Shown here: positions 27,857-42,711 of the stretch, piece after piece
Numbering within the stretch: position 1 is the first letter of the stretch
Layout: each line of letters starts with the position of its first letter
Assembly (NCBI GenBank): GCA_951406725.2
Contig: OX597826.1
Span: 27,652,001-27,716,000, forward strand
Direction: 5' to 3'
Origin: Octopus vulgaris
Taxonomy: Eukaryota
DNA: 64,000 nucleotides
Notes under the pieces: generated by a model
Database searches by the model: none
What the model saw: the letters and a program-made list of their open reading frames with translations, nothing else
What the model was told of the DNA's origin: nothing
Made by a program: the position numbers and the translations under genes

Positions 27857-28316
27857 CGCATTTATATACATATGGATATGCATGCGCATATATTTCTATA
27901 TATATATATATATATGCACGTATATGGATACAGGGATAGAAAATTTCAAACAACCTAACGCAATAGTCCTCTACATTACATAAATGGTCTCCAAACTCCT
28001 TTTATTATCCTCACAACATTCGCATGTAAACGAACATAAACGTACATCTCTGCTGTCTTGCAGTACAAACTTTTGCCTCTCTCTCCCTTTTTCTTCCTAC
28101 TCTCATCCCCCACTCTCTCATAAGTCTTCAATATACATATTTCCAATCTACTTAAGTGTATCACCGTTTCGCACATAAACATCTGTGAATTTATAAATAT
28201 ACTTTGTAAAGGGGATATTGCGATATATCTTCTCCAGCTCTAAGTGTCAGTGGAACAGCTCACTGGTTTCTGTCGCGCCTATTCACATGAATGTATATGT
28301 AACTACATATATATAA

Positions 28317-28380
<64 letters not shown>

Positions 28381-28501
28381 ATATGTATATATATAATATA
28401 TATATATATATGTATATACATATACATGTATATATGTGTGTATATATACATATATAAATATAGATAGATAGATGTATATATGTCTGCGTTTTTGTGTGTG
28501 C

Positions 28502-28542
<41 letters not shown>

Positions 28543-29139
28543 TACATATATATATATATGTGTGTATATACAAGTATATGTGTATGTGTGCGTGTGTGCG
28601 TGTATATATATAAATATGTGTGTATGTGGGCGTGCGTCTATGAATTTGCTTCGCATCACTCCTGATACGGAATCGTATGCTGAAACAAATATCGCTATAT
28701 TTCGGGACGGTCGTTTTTTTTCATGCCACATAAACACACGCACTATATATTCGTTCTTCACTTGTTTTCATTGCTTTTATTTTATCTTATCCTAAGTCCA
28801 GTGTCTGGAAATCTTTCACCACACACATGTGACCTCTTCAGCGACTCTTCCATCCCACGTATCACCTCCTATATGCATATTTATATATTTCTATGTATAA
28901 ATACATATATATGTACATAATATATAAAGATGTGTGTGGGGGTATGTGTGTGTATGTGTGTCTGTATACAAACACACTCACGTCAAAAGCCTTCGACCCA
29001 AGTACTGACTGGTACTATAATTCTGAAGATCGGAGGGACGAAAGGTATATGGGACGTCGTTTATATACAACTCATACTACAGACATACGGGTCTTCCATC
29101 CAATTCTCTAAAACAACTGAATTTTCTATTGTAATTTCG

Positions 29140-29450
29140 ATTTTTAACTATTTATATTTCATTCTTGTATTTATTTATTCAGTAATTATTATTCACAAAA
29201 TTTAAAGCAAAGACAAACCATTTTTGTACTTGTTGATATATTCCTTATGAAACAACCGTTTCCCTCCATGGATTTGGCAGCTCCATAAGATACGAAAAAG
29301 CTCAATACAAATAGAATGTAAGCTGTGTAGATGGCGCCAGATGCGGTATAAAAAAAAAATTCCAGTTGTTGATCTCTTGGTGTTAACCTATTTATAAATC
29401 GATTAAAGAAATATGATGTTTGTGTCTCAGAATTACTTGAAATTATTGTG
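29140..29450 (+). mobile_element. Fragment of the long-TIR MITE family seen at 39720-40590
   Basis: Colinear similarity with 40155-40480 (TTGTATTTATTTATTCA, AACAACCGTTT, ATACAAATAGAA, CTATTTATAAATC, GAAATATGATGTT). Confidence 0.65.
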
Positions 29451-30625
29451 GTATATCTCATCAAATGTTTCCGTTGCTAAAGAGATCGGTTCGAAACTGA
29501 ACCATGAGGTCCCCGGTTCGATTGAAGTACGCAGAGCATTGAGTGTGTCGAGCAAGCAATTTCCAGTGAAGTTTGCTGGCGAGAAACTGCGTGGAACCTC
29601 ACCATTAAGGGTTGACTTAATTGGCCAGCATATTTAAAATCTTCACGTGAATGTTCTTAGCTGAGTAACACGCCTTCTGCAAGGTTCTTTAGTCGATATT
29701 GTTTTCCTTCAACAAGCGGCGGAGATCTTAGAAAAGTTTTAAGGTTGCTTGACTTTATTCCTTTGAATATAAACCAGAAAATAATAAATGTGAAAGAAAG
29801 GAATAAACCAGAAGAACTGGAATCAGCGAAAGTATTGGTATCATGATTGAATTTTTAGCAAGAACCACCATATTGCGCTCAAAATACATTGTAACATCTT
29901 ACAAGAAAGAAGGATACGATGGATGAAGTAATTATTGACACAGTGTGACTGAAAAAATACGAACGAAGGAAGGGTCATGACTGGAATCATTTTTGCTGTA
30001 TAAGTGTCCTTGATTAGAGCTTACCAGTGGTCACGAACAACAAAAGCAACTGCAGTAGTCTTTTAAAATCCTGAAATCACTTTTTTGATACCGTTCGTAA
30101 ACCCTTTTCTCATAACGATTATAACAACGTAATCATCGATTTATTTTACAATATCAACAATCTCTCTCTGTCAAATCGATCATGCAGTAGAAGCAGTCAA
30201 GACATCGATAAACTGGCGAATGGGCACGAAATCACTCTGATAGACTGATTGATTTATTGACCGAACGATTGATCAAACAATCGATTGGTTTACTGGTTAA
30301 ACGGTTAACCATTTGATATTTATAAATACAGGATCAAAATAGAACCACTTCGTGTGTCTATTGTTGATGTAATGACCCACCCAAATTAAAAATATATTTT
30401 AACAAACGAGTTCACTTCAAGTAACTTGCAAGCCAAAACAGCTCTTTCTAAGTATATACATCAGTGTCAAATGTGTGTGTATTAACATTTGTGTGTGCCT
30501 CTTAATGTTTATTGTTGCGTCCGTGTGTAACATATTCGTCACTCTGTGTGTAGCTTTTCAGTTCTTTCATTCTTTGGAGGAAGTGGTACGCTCATTATCT
30601 CCTACTTTCTCTTTGTCTCTCTTCT

Positions 30626-30742
<117 letters not shown>

Positions 30743-30829
30743 ATCTATTTGTCTGTCTTCCTATCTATCTCTCAGTCAATCTTTCTATATATTTTTCTTT
30801 CCATGTATGTATATACGTAATATTATATA

Positions 30830-30887
<58 letters not shown>

Positions 30888-31679
30888 TATATACATATAT
30901 ATATATACATATATACATACAGGCGCACACAGACACACACACCCACCCACACACACACACACACATATAAAAAGATATATATATATAATAGCGTTTGTGA
31001 GTGTGTGCTTAACCACTTTTCTTTGTATTGTACTGTGACGGACATTTCATTTCTGCGAAATAAACACAGACGCAAATAATTGAATAACGGATTCCATTTA
31101 GATGGAGTTTATGTTTTGCTAATAAAAAACATGGCAGGATGAGGATTGGTGGGAAGCAGTGACAAGGGGATAAGCGTAAAGCAGGGGATTGGTAGAGAGC
31201 AGTGGATTAGTGTAGAAGAGTGAATTGGTGGAGAGTGGAGGAGTTTTGTAGACCAATTTTTGACTAATATCCATCGATTGGTCGAGAGTGATATATAGGC
31301 GCGAAGGGATGCGGAGTCGCTGTATCGTTAGAGCTTTGTGGTATTGCGCTACGTTTTTTACATCTAGAGTTTACATACCCCGAGAGATAATCCTTGCCAT
31401 ACATCTATCCAGTAATGTGTAGTGGTATCTGCCTGTCATTTTTCCGATAATACGAAGCAATGAGATCATGATAAATCTCATCTGGACAAATTTTACGTAT
31501 CACCGTGCGTCTCTCACCTAGGCCTCTCTGAGTTCAAATAAAAACAAGGCCAGTAAAAATGCCATCCCTGTGTGTGGTGAATTGACGTCTAACAGGCCGA
31601 AAAGGATACCTGATTAAAAGGGTAGAAGAAGAAGTCATAGCTGACACGTTGAAATATTAGTGGCATTCCTATAAAGCCT

Positions 31680-32640
31680 TATACAATAGACCTAAATGTA
31701 CCTTGTCCCCCCGTGAAAGTACCAACCAAGGTGAAACAAACTTGCGAGGCCAGCTACCTACTACTATTACCTCAATAGTCTCTGCATCTAGTTGTGTTTC
31801 ACAGAGGCGAAGGACAGCGAGCGATTCCCTGGAATACAAGTGCTCTCTGTCATTCGTCATCATAATCGTTTCATGTAAGCAGAAATTGTATTCCACTTTT
31901 GCTCATTACGCAAAGTCTGTATAATCTTTTGCAATCATGATTAACCCTGAACTTATCCCTTAGCTATGCTTCTAGCATAATGCTTCCCTTGTCTTTTTAT
32001 CTCTCTTTCTCTATTCTTCTGTCCGCTATGCCACCCATTTCTAGGATTTATTCCTGTTTTTTCTCCATAACCAGCTTCAATCTCTAACTGATTTATATAT
32101 TTCTTTTTCTCTATTCTCCTCGTACTTTTCTCCATATTTCAGAAACCCTCCTTCCGCAAACCCACCCCATTCTTTTGTTTGATTGTTTGTCGCTTCTTTC
32201 TCTACAGCCAGCAATAGTCCATATTGCCCTAACTTAACCCCTCCTTTCTTCCCTTTCTCTCACCCCTTCTACCTTTATTCACTTTCCCTGTTATACAGAC
32301 TTTCCCTTCCTCTTTGTATTTCTTTTTGTTCTTCCTCTATCTCTCTGTTACCCCCCCCACCACCACCACCACCATCACCACAAAGCCACTCACATTCTCC
32401 TTCTATTTTTCTTCTTCCTTTTCACTTCAACATTTAAATCTCTCGCAGTACTATGTGAAATACTTTTGCTAATTTTTTTTCTTGATGAAGGTAGCCGGAC
32501 TTATGGTAATATCTCTATGCGACTTTTTTGCATATTACTTTTCCTAATTAGGAAAATTATGATTATTATGTAATTCTGAACTTCCAGAAACAGCTGTTGA
32601 ATTAAAAAATCTATGTAATATCTCTATAGTATTCTATGCT
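31680..32640 (+). mobile_element. Highly degraded PLE 3' end (possible GIY-YIG trace, pyrimidine-rich UTR, long-stem hammerhead-like relic)
   Basis: CTL...QGET.L.. trace; TTGATGAAGG...CCAGAAACAGCTGTT at 32482-32598. Confidence 0.3.
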
Positions 32641-32740
32641 CTATGCGCGCTCTCTCTCTCTCTCTCTGTATACACACACACGCACGCACACACACACACA
32701 CACACACATATATACACACACATATATATATATACATATA

Positions 32741-32905
32741 TACGACAGGCTTCTTTCAGTTTCCGTCTACCAAATCCACTCACAAGGCATTGGTCGGCCC
32801 GGGGCTATAGCAGAAGACAATTGCCGAAGATGCCACGCAGTGGGACTGAACTCGGATCATGTGGTTGGTTAGCAAGCTACTTACTACACAGCCACTCCTG
32901 CGCCT
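32741..32905 (-). mobile_element. SINE family A, 5' half
   Basis: CTTCTTTCAGTTTCCGTCTACCAAATCCACTCACAAGGC...CACAGCCACTCCTGCGCC. Confidence 0.85.
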
Positions 32906-33159
32906 ATATATATATATATATGTATGTATACGCAAGTGTATCCATAAGTGTATAACTATATGTTTATTTGCATGACTATATCATTCATATTTCTCCTCCC
33001 TCCTCTCTCTCTCTCTCTCTCACCCTCTCTCTAATGACACTCCAATTTTTGTTTTCGTTCGGTTTCCTTGTATGTCTCCACTGTCCTGTTTTTTTGTAAC
33101 CAACATTGACCGTACGCAAAGTCCAGATGTTAATTGTTTTTTTTTTCAGGAGCAACTGC

Positions 33160-33348
33160 ATTCGAAGACTCATTGTCGTTAAATGCTCGAAATGAGGAGT
33201 AGATGGTAAACCGATAACTGATGAATGGTCGTTCTTTATGTAACTTATCCTGTTTTTCATTTGTTTTTCTCGTTGCTTGCGTATCAACTCATTTGTCTTC
33301 GTATTTCATGTTGTTTACGGTTTGTATCGTCCTGTGCTCATATATGCA
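33160..33348 (+). mobile_element. Short repeat (pLTR-like terminus), same family as 56570-56733
   Basis: GAAATGAGGAGT...AACTGATGAA.GGTCGTTCTTTATG...CGTATTTCATGTTGTTTAC...GTCCTGT shared. Confidence 0.6.
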
Positions 33349-33502
33349 TATATATGTGTGAGTATGTGTGTTTATGTACATATATATGTGTATGCACACA
33401 TATATATATTATGTATATTATCTTTTATATATACATATATATATATATATATACTAACACGTATATATATACGTATATATATGTAAAACATACTTACATA
33501 TA

Positions 33503-34610
33503 TCCTTTCTACTCTCGGCACAAGGGCCAAAATATTGGGGGGAGGGGTCAGTCGATTAGATTGACTCCAGTATACAACTGGTACTTAATTCATCGACCTC
33601 GAAGAATGAAAGGCAATGTCGACCTCGGCGGAATTTGAACTCAGAACGGAGCGGCAGACGAAATACTGCTAAGCATTTCGCCCGGCGTGCTAACGATTCT
33701 GCCAGCTCGCCGCCTTCTATAAACACACATACTCACATATATACTGTTAAACACTTCGCGCTGCGTGCTAACGTTTCTGCCAGCTTTACATACATACATA
33801 CATGCATGCATACATACATACATACATACATACATACATACATACATACATACTTACATATATACATACATACATACATACATACATACATTCATACATC
33901 GAAGTACTAATGTGTTTGCGTGCGTGTGTGTGTATGCGTATGTGTGAGTGTGTGTACAAACAACGCCAGTTTGAGATATTATAGACCAATTTAAAGCGGT
34001 GAGCTGACAGAATCGTAAACCTGCTGGACGAAATGCGGCATTTCGTGCATCTTTATGATCGGAGTTCGTATTCCACCGAAGTCGACTTTGCCTTTCATCC
34101 TTCAGGGTTCTATATAATAATAATTACCAGTTGCTGGCGTCGAACAAAAATTTAATACCAATATTATAACTCCTTTTGAGGCGGGGTGCTGATGGAACCG
34201 TTAGCACGCCGGGCAATATGCTTCCGCTTTCAGTTGAAATTTCGCGGATGTCGACTTTGCCTTTCATCCTGTCGGGGTCGATAAAATAGGCTCCAGCTGA
34301 AGAGTGGGGTCGATGTAATCGACTTACCTCTCCCGCGAAATTGGCTCCTGGTGCCGACATTTCAAACTAATGTTATAAATTGGTATCAAGGCGGCGAGTA
34401 TACAGAATCGTTACCGCACCGGACAAAATGTATAGCGGCATTTTTTTCCGACTTTCTCTTCTGAGTTCAAATACCACTGGCGTCGACTTTGCCTTTCATC
34501 CATTCGAGGCCGATTAAGTAAGTACCAGTTGAGTACTGCGATCGATGTAATCGACTCAGCCCCCACCCAGAATTGATAACCTCGAACCAAAATTTGGAAT
34601 AAATATTATA
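33503..34610. mobile_element. Cluster of family B SINEs (minus copy 33503-33716; plus copies at ~33995, 34178, 34390)
   Basis: Repeated GTCGACTTTGCCTTTCATCC and GAATCGTTAGCAC motifs. Confidence 0.85.
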
Positions 34611-34814
34611 ATTTGATATACACATTCGTTAAAAAAAACATTACGTTGAAATAACTATGAGTATAAAATATACAGGGTTTTGACGAGATTTTACGCTTTC
34701 TGTTTTTAGGAACAGCTTGATGTAATGGTGAACAGTCCATGATGTTGGAGAGCATAAAGATTAAGATTGTAGTTGAGAACATTTAGCTGACATGTAGGAT
34801 GGAAACCATTTAAA

Positions 34815-35112
34815 TATTGGGTTGTCCGGAAAGTTCGTGCCGATTTATAGTAGCTCACCTTTCGACTTATTTTAGAACATGGTTGAGTCCATAAAATAGG
34901 ATTTGACTTCACCTCCATTTAGGGCACAGTTTAAGCTATCTTTCTGTGGAAGAATTCCCATGTATTACTATGTGTGGGTCACAGTTGAGAAACACGTCAC
35001 TGATGTCTTTCTCTAACTCGAGCTGATAGCCAATATCAAAGAGGCGTTCGAAGAGTTACCCGAGGTCACAGTTTGTCTGGTTCCGGAATCATCTTGAGGC
35101 CGTGGTGGAAGC
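34815..35112 (+). mobile_element. Tc1/mariner relics: mariner-type TIR piece joined to a maT/DD37D-like transposase C-terminal fragment
   Basis: TATTGGGTTGTCCGGAAAGTTCGTGCCGATTT is a TIR-like start. 34954-35112 encodes PMYYYVWVTVEK...ELIANIKEAFEELPEVTV...FRNHLEAVVEA. Confidence 0.55.
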
Positions 35113-36153
35113 ACGGCTTCCAGATCGTTCCAGCCACTCTGAATAAACTCTTATTTCCCAGGCATGTAATATGAACAGCCAACGACATTGCAGGACAAAA
35201 AGATTAAGGTTGCAATTGATAACAAGCCAGCTAACTTGGAGGAAGGAAAGAGACGGCGCACAATGCCACGCACCTATCTTCTCCTTGTCACCCTATAAGC
35301 AGAAATGCATTTGTGCACAGTCACTTCCATTTTTCCTTTCTTCTCTCTTTTCTTTTCCCCTCGCTCTCTCTCTCTCTATCTCTTTCACTCTTCTTTCCTC
35401 TATCTCCACCTTACCTCTCTTTCTGTTTCTGTCCCTCTGCCCTCTACCAATTTTTCTAAACCTCACCCCACCCGTCAACAACCAGGTGACCAGTGAGCTT
35501 TTCAACTTCCTTAACTGCTGACTTTTTCAGCCATGCTTTTCTTAGCTTCCCGCGTTCACCACGTTCTACGTTGAGCTCTGCCCTTTTCACCTTTCGCTCT
35601 GCCCTTCATCTTTCCAGTCCTATAGGACATATTCCACTACGTTACTTATCCACACGTTTTGTCTTGTCTCAGAGCATCACGGCCTTTGTTTTGTTGGTAT
35701 AATGTATAATTTATTTTCCTTGTATATTTACATTTATACATGTGTCATATTCGTATTAGCTTTTCTCGCTGTCATCAACGTTCGCTCAATATTCCTTGTA
35801 ACTATTCGCTATTGACGCCACCAAAAATGAACAATATTATCGTTAAAGGTGTGACATTGTAATGGTTTTTTGGATGACAACTGACCAGGAAAAAGAATGC
35901 CTATGTCTTGTGTGAGACTTTTCCATTCGTCCCTTCACATGCTTCTGTTTAAATTTTGAAACTTATCATTGCTTACACATTCTATAGACATACACACCAA
36001 CACACACACACTCACAGAGACGCACACGCACACACACACACAGACACACACACACACACATACATATACACACAGAAAAAGAGGGGATAGAAAAATTGAG
36101 ACATAATTAATGGAATATATATATATACATATATATTGTGGTAAATACCTATA

Positions 36154-36312
36154 GGCGTAGACGGGGCTGTGTGGTAAGTAGCTTGCGTACCAACTACATG
36201 GTTCTGGGTTCAGTCCCACTGCGTGACACCTTGGGCTAGTTTCTTCTATTATAGTCTCGACCCGACCAAAGTCTTGTGAGTGGATTTAATAGACGGAAAC
36301 TGAAAGAAGCCC
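36154..36312 (+). mobile_element. SINE family A, 5' half
   Basis: GGCTGTGTGGTAAGTAGCTTGC...GGGTTCAGTCCCACTGCGTG...ACGGAAACTGAAAGAAGCCC. Confidence 0.85.
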
Positions 36313-36315
36313 TTT

Positions 36316-36353
<38 letters not shown>

Positions 36354-36401
36354 GGTACATATGTATATGTGTGTGTGATTTTATATTATATATTTGTGAG
36401 A

Positions 36402-36444
<43 letters not shown>

Positions 36445-36821
36445 GAGAGAGAGAGAGAGATTATATATTTAATATAATATCTAGTAACAAAACATGGTTA
36501 AAAATGGTGGAAGATATCAATAAGAGAAAGACGAACCAATAAGAATACAGAAGAAATTGGTAAAGATGGGTAATGAGAGGAAGAAGTGAGGCGAGTGTTT
36601 GCTGGATTGAAGAAAGAGACGCAAAGCAGCTATAAAAAGGTCTTGTAGATTACAGTTGATATAAAGATATTTTGATGTGCATATATTATTCATCGTATTG
36701 TCCGAAGTAGTTACGATCAACCTGTCCACGTGAAAGTGAATATCGATTAGCCTATCACATATTTGTGTGCGCGGGTGTGCGAGAATGTATAATTATAAGT
36801 ATATATATACATGTCTAAATA

Positions 36822-36870
<49 letters not shown>

Positions 36871-37252
36871 TTGCTATCATGTTAAACTGTCGTATGTCCA
36901 AATTTGGTCATGTGTGTTTTTTTTTCTATATTCAGTTTTGAATGCAATAGCTTGTTTTTTTTTGTCAAACTATCGTATGTCCGGGTGCTTCAGATGCCAA
37001 GATATGAAAGTTGTCAAAGTGTAGTACAACGGTTTAGCATTTTACAAAAGTGTATTACCATTGTCCCACATACGACTGTTTTGCAAAAATATTTTTTTGA
37101 CTGAAAATATCATACATGCATGGAGTTAGGACTTTATGCACGCAACAACGTATCATTGTTAAGCTGAAATTGTTGTTGGTGCAACTATATTTTCGTTTTC
37201 TGAAAAAGCAACTTTTTGGACTTATGACATTTTACATTTTGCATATTAGCAA

Positions 37253-37331
<79 letters not shown>

Positions 37332-37336
<5 letters not shown>

Positions 37337-37512
37337 TACGAATAAAACAAAAGACGAAGACAGGTGGTGTACAAAACAAATAGATACATTAGTATAACGC
37401 TCAGGAATAGAAAAATCTTTTACGTTTCGAGCCAACGCTCTTCTACAGAAAGGGACACAGAAAAAACAAGGAGAGAATAAAAATGTGTGTAGTGGCTAAC
37501 GATCTATCATAG

Positions 37513-37514
<2 letters not shown>
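37332..37514 (-). mobile_element. PLE pLTR remnant with degenerate minimal hammerhead
   Basis: Minus strand TTTCTGTAGAAGAGC(GTTG)GCTCGAAACGTA; related to 55305 and 58191; flanked by GA and TA tracts. Confidence 0.55.
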
Positions 37515-37559
<45 letters not shown>

Positions 37560-37706
37560 AATGTATGCATGGATGTATGTATGTGAATATGTATATATAT
37601 ATTTATAAGTATTATATATAGAGGAATATATAGACATATATATGCATATATAAATAAATATATATATAATATATATACATACAATCACACACACACTCAC
37701 ACACAA

Positions 37707-37737
<31 letters not shown>

Positions 37738-37820
37738 CACATATATATATATATATATATTGATATATGTTCATCTCTATACAAGTTATATGTGTGTATA
37801 TATGATATATTTATATATAT

Positions 37821-38038
37821 ACATTAATCAGAAAATTGAGAAAACCTCAGATTAACAAACATTGATTGGACCACATTTATAGCTTGTTTTTTAATACAAA
37901 GCATCACATAAAAACTACGTAAAACTTGTTACGTCACCTTTTTGTTATGTAATACTTTGTATTAACAAAAATAGTTATAATTGCGGTCCAATCGATGTAT
38001 TGTTTGGTATCAGGTTTTCTCCATTTTCTGATTATGTG
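37821..38038. repeat. Old imperfect palindrome (~100-bp arms)
   Basis: AATCAGAAAATTGAGAAAACCT/AGGTTTTCTCCATTTTCTGATT, GATTGGACC/GGTCCAATC and TTAATACAAAG/CTTTGTATTAA. Confidence 0.8.
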
Positions 38039-38377
38039 TAATTGTTTCCTGATAAATTCTCGTTTATCCTGTTGTTATCTGCACTCTACGTGCGTAGTGT
38101 ACCTGCACACCATTGCGAGGGGATAATACGGGTAACGGACACCGATAGTACATACGAATATTTTATCCCTTAGTCGGTTATTATAACTGCTAATTCTATT
38201 TGCACTAAATATGTACGTATGTATACACACACACACATATATATACATATATATATATGTATATATATATACATACGTACATATATCTGATGTATACATA
38301 TATATACATACATACATACATAAACATACATATATATATACGATATATACATAATACATATATATATATAGAGAGAG

Positions 38378-38418
<41 letters not shown>

Positions 38419-39050
38419 TGTTTCTTTATTAGCCACACAGGGCTGCACACAGATAGAACAAATTACAAGGTAGAGCTTTTCTTTTGAAGGTTTAAGAAAA
38501 AAAAAAAAAAAAAAAAAAAAAAAGGAAGGGGGAGTTTCGATCAAAAGGGATCGTAAAAGGAGAGAAAGAGGACAAAAAAAGGGGGGTTAAAAAAAAGGGG
38601 GAGAGGAAAAAAAAATTGATCAATAGGGATCGTTATCACAGAAATGTCAATATGAAGTGTAAAGGGGAGGACAGGTGAGGTTTACCCGTGGAAAGAAAAG
38701 CCTACGGAAAAGACCACGGTAACCTCGGTCAATGAAGTCACATTTTATATTTCTTTTTTTTTTTTTTTTTTGCAAATAAGCAACTCTCTGTTTTCGATTT
38801 CTGGGTTCATAGGACTATGCTCAAGGTGGCTTCGTCATTCATACGTGCCATTCTTGCTACATTCACCCATCTTTTTAAAACATTCGCTAGACAAAACTTG
38901 CCTCTCTACTCTCACTTTCCTTTTCAAGTGGTACTTGAAGAAGTTGATGAGAGATTGACTTCTTCAAGTACCACTTGAAAAGGAAAGTGAGAGTAGAGAG
39001 GCAAGTTTTGTCTAGCGAATGTTTTAAAAAAAGATGGGTGAATGTAGCAA
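38419..39050 (-). mobile_element. Tx1/L1-like 3' fragment (same family as 509-1135) with fold-back duplication at its 5' end
   Basis: Reverse complement of ~585-1135; 3' end abuts (GATA)n; 38854-38944 is mirrored by 38958-39050. Confidence 0.8.
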
Positions 39051-39084
39051 ATATGAATGTGTGTGCGTACGTTTGTATATGGGG

Positions 39085-39640
39085 GGGTGTCACAGTGTCA
39101 AGGCAACCAGATACTCTTACACACTACTAGTCACAATGTGCTTTCAGTTCTGTCTTGATTGCGCTATTCTTTTCTTTGTCTTGACCCAAATTACTCAACT
39201 AAACCGTCTTCACATCGTCCTGGATGCCTTCCAAAGTGGCTTTCGCACGTTCCTTGTATACCATTCTGCAACTACACGAATCGAGTTCTTGTCTGTGAAC
39301 CTTGCAACATAAACCTCCCATTGAAATTTCGGTACCCTGCAATCTCATCGTTCACTCCCTCTCCATTCTTAAATTATCTCATTTGTAATATACTCTCTTG
39401 GTGGTTTTCCTTTCATGGGTCATTCCGTATCCCTTTACGTCTACTCAATCGATGGTCCATCCTCCTTTTCAGAGTAGTCTATGTCTCAACTGCATATTAG
39501 AGCCTAGGTAGGACGGTGCTATTGAAAAATCTGGCACATATGGTTTTGTTTAGGTTTGTTTCGGGGACGTCCTTTATTGAGTTAAATGGCGCCCATCTAC
39601 TTTTTTCCCTTTCAGATTACAGCACCCGTATCTCCGTACA
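39085..39640 (-). mobile_element. Degraded RTE-clade LINE 3' portion
   Basis: Minus strand, with stops and frameshifts: ICARFFNSTVLP.L.YAVET, ..VARFTD, VAEWY.R.VRKP.WKA, corresponding to the RTE thumb motifs LFNSTVLPA.LY.SETW, GHVAR and EWYPR..KRP.GRP. Confidence 0.65.
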
Positions 39641-39719
39641 TGTTCCTTGTGTATCCTAAGTAGCTGTCCTGCTTTATTTCCCCCATGTTATTGCTTTCCA
39701 TCATTATTCATTCTTGTGC

Positions 39720-40590
39720 TACGACTTCTGATAGTGTATATTTTGTTTTCGTGCACTTCAGAAATAGACATAGAAAGGAAAATATCGCATAGCTAACACA
39801 CGGTAAAGTACTTGTAAACCTGTAATATTCTTGATTGTACAACAGAAACATCATATTCCTTCATAAAGAGATCGACAAAAACTGGAGTTTCCTTTTTCAA
39901 TACCACATCTGGTGTCTTCTATATAGCATGTAATATAGCAATCGTGCATTCTATTTGTAATGAATTTTTTCGTTTCTTAAAGAGCTACCAAATCTGTGGA
40001 GCAAACGGCATATGTCAATTAGACAAAAGTTACTCTGAAGATTGGTCCCCCAGCTAGGACTTCCGCGATACTCTTAAAAATCAGGAACTTTTCAGCACCT
40101 CATCGTACAACCAAATATATTACACGTTTACAAGCTACTGTTATAATTTGTGTTTTTAACTATTTATTTTTCATTCGTCTTGTATTTATTTATTCAATAA
40201 ACATTATTCATAAAATTTATTGCAAGCAAGTACAAACCATACTTGTAGTTTTTATTATGTCTTTATGATGCCCTTATTTAACAACCGTTTTCTTCCGAGG
40301 ATTTGGGATCTCTTTAAGAAACGAAAATAACCCTATACAAATAGAACGCACTACTGCTATATTAGATGCTATGTGGAAGGCACCAGATGTGGTGTTGATA
40401 AACTAAACTCCAGACAGCGATCTCTTGTTCTATTTATAAATCAATTACAGAAATATGATGTTCGTATCATACAATCAAGTATATTACAGGTTTACAAGCA
40501 AATAGTATACCTTACCGTGTGTTAGCCATGCGATATTTTCACTTTTAGGTATATTTCTAAATCTGAAAATATATGTCAGATGTCCAGTAG
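39720..40590. mobile_element. Non-autonomous DNA transposon/foldback element with long diverged TIRs (~280 bp)
   Basis: GAAAATATCGCAT.GCTAACACACGGTAA, CTTGTAAACCTGTAATAT and CCACATCTGGTG..TTCGTTTCTTAAAGAG in 39757-40008 are mirrored at 40285-40562. Confidence 0.75.
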
Positions 40591-41240
40591 TTCAAATCGT
40601 CGGTGCCTTAGTATTCTTTCATACTCTCAGTATTCTCCATTCTAACTCCCTTGCATTCAACTTTGTCCTTTGGCCGTTCAGAGATCCTTAAAGTAAAGAA
40701 CCAAACAAGTACGATGGATTAACTCTCACAGACACGCATCTCATTTCTCCCTCTCTCTCTCTCTCTGTCTCTCTCTTTCTTCCTCTCCGCTTTCTCTCTC
40801 TTCCTCGCTTGGTTAATACCTCCCTGTAGTATTTCTGAATCGGTCGTCTCCCACGCGTCTATTGTTATGCAAAGAAGACTGAAGCAGAACAATACCCGAG
40901 TAAATGAGAAGAGTGAAACTAGGGGCAAGGAATATTTACTGAATGAAAAATATTTCTACTGAAAAATCCTGAGAAATTAAATTATTGTGGGCCGACCAGG
41001 GGCAGTCATAGACTGGGGAGAACAATCGACTTGCGACACACTACATAACTGTATATATATGAATGAATGTGCATGTGTACGTGTGAGTGAGAGAGAGAGG
41101 AGGAGAGAGTGTGCAGGTATGAGAGGTATATAAGCATGCATGTTTTATAAGCACATATATATATATGTGTCTGTCTGCCTGTCTGTCTATCTATTTATAT
41201 ACTGTCTATCTACCTATCTATCTATCTACTTCTCTGTATG

Positions 41241-41367
41241 TATGTCTGGCTGGCTGGTTGGCTATCTATCTACTTGTCTATCTGCCCATCTATCTTTCTA
41301 TCTATCAATCTAACTATCTATCTATCTGTCTGTCTGACTGCCTGTCTGTCTGTTTGCCTGTCTATCC

Positions 41368-41420
<53 letters not shown>

Positions 41421-41502
41421 CCTATCTGTCAGTCTGTCTTATCTATATCTATGTATCTAGATAGACAGAAAGAAAGAAATATGTAGATAGATAGATAGAT
41501 AA

Positions 41503-41597
<95 letters not shown>

Positions 41598-41972
41598 TAG
41601 AAATATTAAGCACAGTCACGTAAAATCTAACAGTACAGATTGTTTTAATATTAATGTATAACTAGGTAGCTTTGGTGATAACATATATAAATGTATGTGC
41701 CTGAGTGGATTGTGTGTGTGTATGTTGTATGTGCATACGTGTACATATACGCACACAGACATGCATATGTGTTTGTGCATTGTATGTGTCCATACATATA
41801 TACAATTACAATACATTTTATCACACACACATTCTTAAATGTCTGTACAAATTTAATTTGTTTCAATGCGTACGTAACTCTATTTAATGTCTATGGTTAA
41901 TACTTCGTTATACACACAGGCACATACACACACACACGCACGCAGACAAACATACACACACACATAGATATA

Positions 41973-42012
<40 letters not shown>

Positions 42013-42042
42013 GAAAGAGAGAGATATAGATTTATATATATG

Positions 42043-42090
<48 letters not shown>

Positions 42091-42525
42091 CATATATATA
42101 AATCTATATCTCTCTCTTTCTATGTATATATATATATATATATATATATTCATATATCTATGTGTGTGTGTATGTTTGTCTGCGTGCGTGTGTGTGTATG
42201 TGCCTGTGTGTATAACGAAGTATTAACCATAGACATTAAATAGAGTTACGTACGCATTGAAACAAATTAAATTTGTACAGACATTTAAGAATGTGTGTGT
42301 GATAAAATGTATTGTAATTGTATATATGTATGGACACATACAATGCACAAACACATATGCATGTCTGTGTGCGTATATGTACACGTATGCACATACAACA
42401 TACACACACACAATCCACTCAGGCACATACATTTATATATGTTATCACCAAAGCTACCTAGTTATACATTAATATTAAAACAATCTGTACTGTTAGATTT
42501 TACGTGACTGTTCTTAATATTTCTA

Positions 42526-42607
<82 letters not shown>

Positions 42608-42670
42608 CATATTTCTTTCTTTCTGTCTATCTAGATACATAGATATAGATAAGACAGACTGACAGATAGG

Positions 42671-42711
<41 letters not shown>

